Shown here piece after piece: positions 54,406 to 59,181 of a stretch of 59,181 nucleotides of DNA. Both the position numbers and the translations under genes were made by a program. Positions within the stretch are counted from its first letter, which is position 1. Each line of letters starts with the position of its first letter. The notes beneath the pieces are model-generated. The model was not told where the DNA came from. It saw nothing but the letters and a program-made list of their open reading frames with translations, and made no database searches. Origin of the DNA: a virus (Duplodnaviria; Caudoviricetes); IMG/VR virus record IMGVR_UViG_3300032116_000218, positions 1 to 59,181 of that record. One strand, 5' to 3'.

Positions 54406-56321
54406 TTGAATGGAGTTTCGTTACGCCCGTTCATAATTGACTTAGTGCCAACAATGCCAGATTGTATTGAGGAAAGCGGGATGAGCCTCCACAAGGCCCA
54501 ATCCATGCCCTTCTTTTTAATCGCTTCGTCTATCGGGTCTCTGCCGTCAAAAATATATCTGCGAGACCGTATGTCAAAAATAAACTCGCTGCTGCCTTTC
54601 TTCCCAACTATCTTTTGCTTCTTAATTTTCTTGGAATGAAACTCGCAAGCAGGGTTGGTCGGGTCGCTGCTGTTTGTGGGTCTGTGATACATGAGAATGT
54701 TTGAGCATTTATTGTTCCACATAGCCCCGCCAGCGAGGTCAAATACATCTGGACAAGGATAATCATCACCAACCTTTTTTAAAGCTTTAGGATGGGCTAT
54801 AATCATCATAAAAACATCATTGCGTTGTGCGAACCTACTGAACTCTGCAAGGTGTATCTCCAGATACTTATCATCCCTACCACCGACAAGTTCATAGTTG
54901 TTGGTAAGTTGGTTCCACGGGTCAACTATACAGCCGTCCACTTGCTTCTTGATGATGAGTTCCAAGAACCGCTCCCGCACATATTCTGGTGTCGGGCTGC
55001 TGCGCTCTGGGTGTATAAATATGAAATGCTCGTTGATAAAATCACGGGCCTTGGTGTACACCTCAATTGACGGCCTGATGGCGGAAGGATATGCGGGGTC
55101 GTATACACAGTTAGCCCCAAGCAATATCTCGATGTAATCGTTGTAGAATTCAGCGGCAGGATTGTCTTCAGGGGCGTATACGGCAAACTTTCGCCCGTAA
55201 AGAATGGAATGCATAAGCAGCATCCACTTTTCAATCTGGCTCTTGCCTGTGTTGCCTATACCAGAAAGCAGCGTGAGTTCTCCACGCTTCAGCTTGAAGT
55301 AGGTGTCTATCTGCTCAACCCCAATGCTGTCAACTTGCTCGTACCCGCTGTTGTATAGCCTTAAAATGTCGTCATGGATGTCGTCTGCAAAGATTACATC
55401 TATGGGCTTGATGTTCTCGTCAAAGATGGACTCAGGCACATCAATATCAACCTCTCCTCTGCTGGTCTTGTCCACCAGCACATCTTTGTCAAATGTTGCC
55501 GAAGAAAAATCTTTGCGATTGATTCTATACGCACTCTGTATAACCACTTTGCACTCCCGCTTGGTGAAGTCCCGCTGTCCAGAGATGAAGTTGTTCTCAA
55601 AGTAGTAGAAGCAGTTTTCCTCGCTGATGCCAAACCTACAGCAAGCACCCGCCAAGCGAAAGAGAAAGTTATTACGTTCTCCCTGAGCAAAGGCCCGCCC
55701 TTTGTTACTCATCCATGTGAGCAGCTTCTTGAATGTGGCATCACTGTCAGCATACTCCCGCTCCACAACCTTTTCTGTAGACAGTAATGCTGTATACGGA
55801 GCCACTTCGCTAAGAGCCTTAATTTGAATATCCGGGTCATAGCTTTCGAAGCACACCCGGCTTTCATTAATGCTTGATGTATCCCACTCGCCCGGAACGC
55901 CACTCATTTGCTCGGTGAGGGCTTGAAAGTGTTGCCTGTGTTTCGCAGGATCGGCTATACGCACCAGAAACTTCAGCCCGTTTCCGCGTGGAGACACCCA
56001 AACAGCGTAGACAAAGGAAAGTTCGTATAGTTTCTTCTTTAAGCCGTCCAATTCCTCGTTGGGAACCTTGTCCACATCGCAGCAGATAAAGCCGCTGTGT
56101 TCAATCAGGCAATTGTCAAACCGCTCTTTAAACGTACCGCTAAAGCAAATGCAAGGCAGATGCTTCTTCATCTCGTTTTGCAAACTCTCGTCCAACGTGC
56201 AACGTATAGCTTCTATCTTGTCCTTGCTCTTGCCCTGCTGTATTCGGAACAAGGCTTTCTGAACGGACATGGTATGGCCATCACGTTTTGTGTAGATGTC
56301 CTTAAATGCTGTTACCTTCAT
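54402..56321 (-). CDS. Primase-helicase (VirE-N/BT4734-like, PriCT-like and SF4 helicase domains)
   Basis: K..LP.I.FSG.F, HSG..C.D.D, SP.G.GLK, GERN..LF.LA, G.GNTGKS Walker A, VDPWN, AHP.K. Confidence 0.85.
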   Translation of the reverse strand: MKVTAFKDIYTKRDGHTMSVQKALFRIQQGKSKDKIEAIRCTLDESLQNEMKKHLPCICFSGTFKERFDNCLIEHSGFICCDVDKVPNEELDGLKKKLYELSFVYAVWVSPRGNGLKFLVRIADPAKHRQHFQALTEQMSGVPGEWDTSSINESRVCFESYDPDIQIKALSEVAPYTALLSTEKVVEREYADSDATFKKLLTWMSNKGRAFAQGERNNFLFRLAGACCRFGISEENCFYYFENNFISGQRDFTKRECKVVIQSAYRINRKDFSSATFDKDVLVDKTSRGEVDIDVPESIFDENIKPIDVIFADDIHDDILRLYNSGYEQVDSIGVEQIDTYFKLKRGELTLLSGIGNTGKSQIEKWMLLMHSILYGRKFAVYAPEDNPAAEFYNDYIEILLGANCVYDPAYPSAIRPSIEVYTKARDFINEHFIFIHPERSSPTPEYVRERFLELIIKKQVDGCIVDPWNQLTNNYELVGGRDDKYLEIHLAEFSRFAQRNDVFMMIIAHPKALKKVGDDYPCPDVFDLAGGAMWNNKCSNILMYHRPTNSSDPTNPACEFHSKKIKKQKIVGKKGSSEFIFDIRSRRYIFDGRDPIDEAIKKKGMDWALWRLIPLSSIQSGIVGTKSIMNGRNETPFK

Positions 56322-57192
56322 ATTGTTGTGGTGTGTGTCCGTATTTCATGCAATTCTCTACATACTGCTTGTAAGTAGCAAATTCGTCAAGAGGTCTGTA
56401 TCTTTTTGCACCCAGTTTAAAATCTGGGTTGTTCTTGTGACTGCCTTCAGACAATGTGCCTTGTTTGGCAGCGTTTAAATAGTTCTCAAAATGTGTAGGC
56501 CGGAACAAAGTCGATGGCCGGTAGTACTCTTTCATTTTGATATCCTTTAGCCACGCAGATTTGTGTTCGACAACAAGCAATAGGTCTTCAACGGAGTATT
56601 CTTTTAGGCGAGCATTGATAAGGCCACTCGTCTCTTTGTTGGTCGCCTTAAAGGCTGTTCCAGCAATCTCATTAATTCGATTTACAAGCAATTCAATTTG
56701 CCCGTTGCTTGTATTATCTTCTTTCTTTTCTTTATGTATATCTATATGTATATCTTGAGTATAAATTTTAGACTGTCCGAGTCTAAATTTTAGACTGTCA
56801 CCGTCTAAATTTTGGACTGTCTGAGTATAAATTTTAGACGGTCCGTCTAACAGTGATTCGACTTTTTTTGTAATGAAAGTAAGGTCTCCCTTTTGTATGT
56901 AAATCCCAATTTCGTCCTGAGCCAAATCAAGATCGTAAATAAATTGTGTAGGCCGAACTCCAATATCATTTCGCTCAACATACCCTTTCAACTCCAAAGC
57001 TTTTATAGCATTAAAAACCGTTGCTCTTGAAAGGTCTAACCACTCTGCAATCTTGTCTTTGCTTTTAACACAAGTGTACCCATACTCTGGGTTCTGGCTC
57101 ATTTGTTTGATGTCGCACAGCACAGCCATTTCATTCAATGAAAGGCATAAAGCCTTACGAATAATGTGATTACTTAACGATATGATTTGCAT
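56302..57192 (-). CDS. Phage replication initiator (HTH plus conserved phage C-terminal domain)
   Basis: IA.WL.LSRATV..AI..L..KG HTH; I.ARL.EY..EDL..V...K..W......Y.RP.TLF...FE.YLN; internal iterons. Confidence 0.8.
   Translation of the reverse strand: MQIISLSNHIIRKALCLSLNEMAVLCDIKQMSQNPEYGYTCVKSKDKIAEWLDLSRATVFNAIKALELKGYVERNDIGVRPTQFIYDLDLAQDEIGIYIQKGDLTFITKKVESLLDGPSKIYTQTVQNLDGDSLKFRLGQSKIYTQDIHIDIHKEKKEDNTSNGQIELLVNRINEIAGTAFKATNKETSGLINARLKEYSVEDLLLVVEHKSAWLKDIKMKEYYRPSTLFRPTHFENYLNAAKQGTLSEGSHKNNPDFKLGAKRYRPLDEFATYKQYVENCMKYGHTPQQYEGNSI
56720..56850. repeat. Iterons and AT-rich tract (probable replication origin)
   Basis: Four 22-bp-period repeats GTMTAAATTTTRGACKGTC (56757-56843) next to TATGTATATC repeats. 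Confidence 0.8.
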
Positions 57193-57311
57193 AAAATAAA
57201 AAATCCTTTGTTTGCTTTTCCGGGTAGAGGACCGTACTCAGCAAACAAAGGACATAATATTTTTAACAACCCGGAGCCTCTACTCTCCCGTCTTTCGACA
57301 CCGCAAAGTTA
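57193..57311 (-). promoter_or_regulatory. Promoter and attenuator-like leader of the initiator gene
   Basis: -7 motif at 57304-57311; 13-bp hairpin 57204-57252 with a U-run just before the ATG. Confidence 0.6.
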
Positions 57312-57337
57312 TGAAAGGTTATTTTACAACTCCAAAA

Positions 57338-57880
57338 TTATTTTTCCCAGTAAACTCTTTCGCCTCGTCTGTAATGCTTGAGATTCTCCGCTGACGATTC
57401 ATTTACAAAATGCTTCTCTTCGTATACAACATAATTGTTAGGGAGCAGGGCAAACTGACCCGAATCTAAAACTATCAAAGAAAGGGGCTTATGCTCTGCT
57501 GGGTAGCGTGAATAGCCATCTTTCCAATCAATAACAATCCCCGTGTGTCTTCCAAGTCTTTCAATTGGCTGAAGGACATTTGCCCGAAGCCCCTCAAGAA
57601 ACGGCATAAAGACGGCCTCGATGTCTTCGCCCATTCCGGCCCAAGGCATCAAAGCACCATAATTATATGTGAAGTCATCGGTGGTAGATATTGCTTGTAT
57701 CGGTAGACCGCTCCAATGCGCCCCAGATTCAAGCAAAACGTGGCAAGACATAGTTTGATACTCCCGGCAGTATACGCCGTGCCAGATGGCCTTTGTGTGA
57801 CCCGAAGGCATATCTGGACCAAGGAACATATTGTCCACATTCACATAGAAATGGAAAGGGAGAGATGTGTGCTTTGCCAT
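57338..57880 (-). CDS. Conserved hypothetical phage protein
   Basis: Start MAKHT (TAATG-coupled); motifs LESGA.W.GLP.A and G.FALLPNN. Confidence 0.65.
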   Translation of the reverse strand: MAKHTSLPFHFYVNVDNMFLGPDMPSGHTKAIWHGVYCREYQTMSCHVLLESGAHWSGLPIQAISTTDDFTYNYGALMPWAGMGEDIEAVFMPFLEGLRANVLQPIERLGRHTGIVIDWKDGYSRYPAEHKPLSLIVLDSGQFALLPNNYVVYEEKHFVNESSAENLKHYRRGERVYWEK

Positions 57881-58554
57881 TATATAATGTCGCGTTTTAC
57901 CCAAATGGCATATCCGTTTCTTAAGGCAGCATTGCAGAATATACATTCGTATTCCTCATTTTCTCGCAACGCCAATTGCGTGAAATGATGCTTGATGTCA
58001 ATGATGTCGTCAAGCACTATAATCTTGGCTCCAACAATTTTCAAAAACTCCTGATACCCGGTAAACGGAGACCCGTCAAGAATCACCATGTCAAAGTTCT
58101 CAATGTTGTTGTCTTTCTTAATCTGATCTATACCGCCAATCTTGTCGCCCAGATATTCCACCTTCTCAATTTCGGTGTCATACCAAGATAGCACAAATTC
58201 AATTGGGTATTGGTTGAGTTGCGTCTTTATAGTATTGTAAAAATCCTCCACCTGACCCTTGGTTGGATATTCATTCAGGTGTACCGCAGATTTGTTCACC
58301 GGAATTACCCAGTCTAAATCTTTATACCGCTCCTGTAGCGCAGCAAACCTTGCCAAGTCCACTTCCAGCGTATACAGTTCTTTGTCTTCCAGTTGAGACA
58401 TGGCTCTCACAATAGCCTCTGTGCTGCCGTCTCCTGAAGACGCTCCCACTTCCAACACGGTTTCTATCTCTTCGTTGAAGAGTAGAATCGTGTTGATGAT
58501 GCGGTTATACAACTCATCATTTTTAATTTCTGCCGGGATGATTGATGTTTTCAT
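57880..58554 (-). CDS. Class I SAM-dependent methyltransferase-like protein
   Basis: VLEVGASSGDGST, FD.V.LDG..F.G, I.LDD. Confidence 0.7.
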   Translation of the reverse strand: MKTSIIPAEIKNDELYNRIINTILLFNEEIETVLEVGASSGDGSTEAIVRAMSQLEDKELYTLEVDLARFAALQERYKDLDWVIPVNKSAVHLNEYPTKGQVEDFYNTIKTQLNQYPIEFVLSWYDTEIEKVEYLGDKIGGIDQIKKDNNIENFDMVILDGSPFTGYQEFLKIVGAKIIVLDDIIDIKHHFTQLALRENEEYECIFCNAALRNGYAIWVKRDII

Positions 58555-58558
58555 TTGG

Positions 58559-58566
58559 CAAAGCTA
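58559..58566 (-). promoter_or_regulatory. Bacteroidota -7 promoter element (near-leaderless)
   Basis: TAGCTTTG about 5 nt upstream of ATG 58554. Confidence 0.55.
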
Positions 58567-58641
58567 AAAAATATTCATACTTTTTTTGGTATTTTGTTGA
58601 CAAAATGTAATCTTTGTCCCAGTAAATAAAACACATTAATT

Positions 58642-59181
58642 ATGTCCAATAGAAGAGACGAGTTCAAATCGTCAAATCCAAACCCAGCAACCCGCTTCTT
58701 GGAATGGGATTCCAATCAGGGCTGCTTTAAGTTTTACTCAAAAGACAAAGGCGAAAACGTGGTGGTCAAGTCCCCGTTTCGCTTTGTTGTTTTGAAACAA
58801 ATGCACACCGTCAAAGGATGGCATGGCAAATCAGAGTCGGGCATATTCTCTAATGAAATAGAGAATATGGCAGAGATGCTCCATGTCAAATCATTTAAAG
58901 GCGGGCCAATTGTCAGCGGTATGTATAAAGAAATCAAAGACCGGCTGTCAGGTGGCGTGTATTTCAAATCAATATATGTAATGCTGCAAGACGGAAGCAT
59001 TGCAAACATTGCCATTAAAGGTGCTGTTGTTGCAGCATGGGGAGACTTTACTAAGAAGCAAATGTCCCGCTTGCCTGATGAATGGGTGGTTGTTAAAGGT
59101 TCTAAGGAAGAGAAGAACGGAAGTGTTAAATACACCATTCCGGTGTTTGAATTTGACAGAACTCTTGACGATGGGTTTGCA
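58642..59181 (+). CDS. Conserved phage protein, possibly ssDNA-binding (partial)
   Basis: Open from ATG 58642 (MSNRR...NPATRFLEW...TVKGW....SGIFSNE) to the edge; function is a guess. Confidence 0.6.
   Translation, partial: MSNRRDEFKSSNPNPATRFLEWDSNQGCFKFYSKDKGENVVVKSPFRFVVLKQMHTVKGWHGKSESGIFSNEIENMAEMLHVKSFKGGPIVSGMYKEIKDRLSGGVYFKSIYVMLQDGSIANIAIKGAVVAAWGDFTKKQMSRLPDEWVVVKGSKEEKNGSVKYTIPVFEFDRTLDDGFA

Noticed and set aside
58734-59138. Minus-strand 134 aa ORF
   Set aside because: Shadow of the plus-strand gene starting at 58642.
1-59181. Stop-codon reassignment as in some crAss-like phages
   Set aside because: Multi-kilobase ORFs are intact in the standard code, and TAA, TAG and TGA all end plausible genes.

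Overview
The window is about 59 kb of a Bacteroidota-infecting tailed phage with a crAss-like/Flavobacteria podovirus-type virion module, read in the standard genetic code. Positions 1-44.3 kb are mostly minus strand: tail fibre (partial), capsid, scaffold, portal, tail stabilisation protein, three large putative ejected cargo proteins (two are polyvalent, with LPD23, HExxH peptidase, kinase-like and ADP-ribosyltransferase domains), a ferritin, three ring proteins, terminase, small genes and a RepL-like gene. Positions 44.3-45.3 kb are a repeat-rich non-coding divergence point, possibly the genome end. Positions 45.3-51.8 kb are a plus-strand early-type region with a MoxR AAA+/vWA-like pair and small ORFs. 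Positions 51.9-58.6 kb are a minus-strand replication module with an HNH nuclease, a NinB-like gene, a primase-helicase and an initiator with internal iterons. The most striking unexplained signal is four intergenic miniature tRNA-like elements in the early region (acceptor stem, T-arm, stemless GG loop, NCAA end), each followed by a conserved hairpin and supported by compensatory base changes. Other signals are strong CCCGCA enrichment in the early region, genome-wide GTATAC excess and an attenuator-like leader before the initiator. All product calls are from motif recognition by eye; no searches were run.
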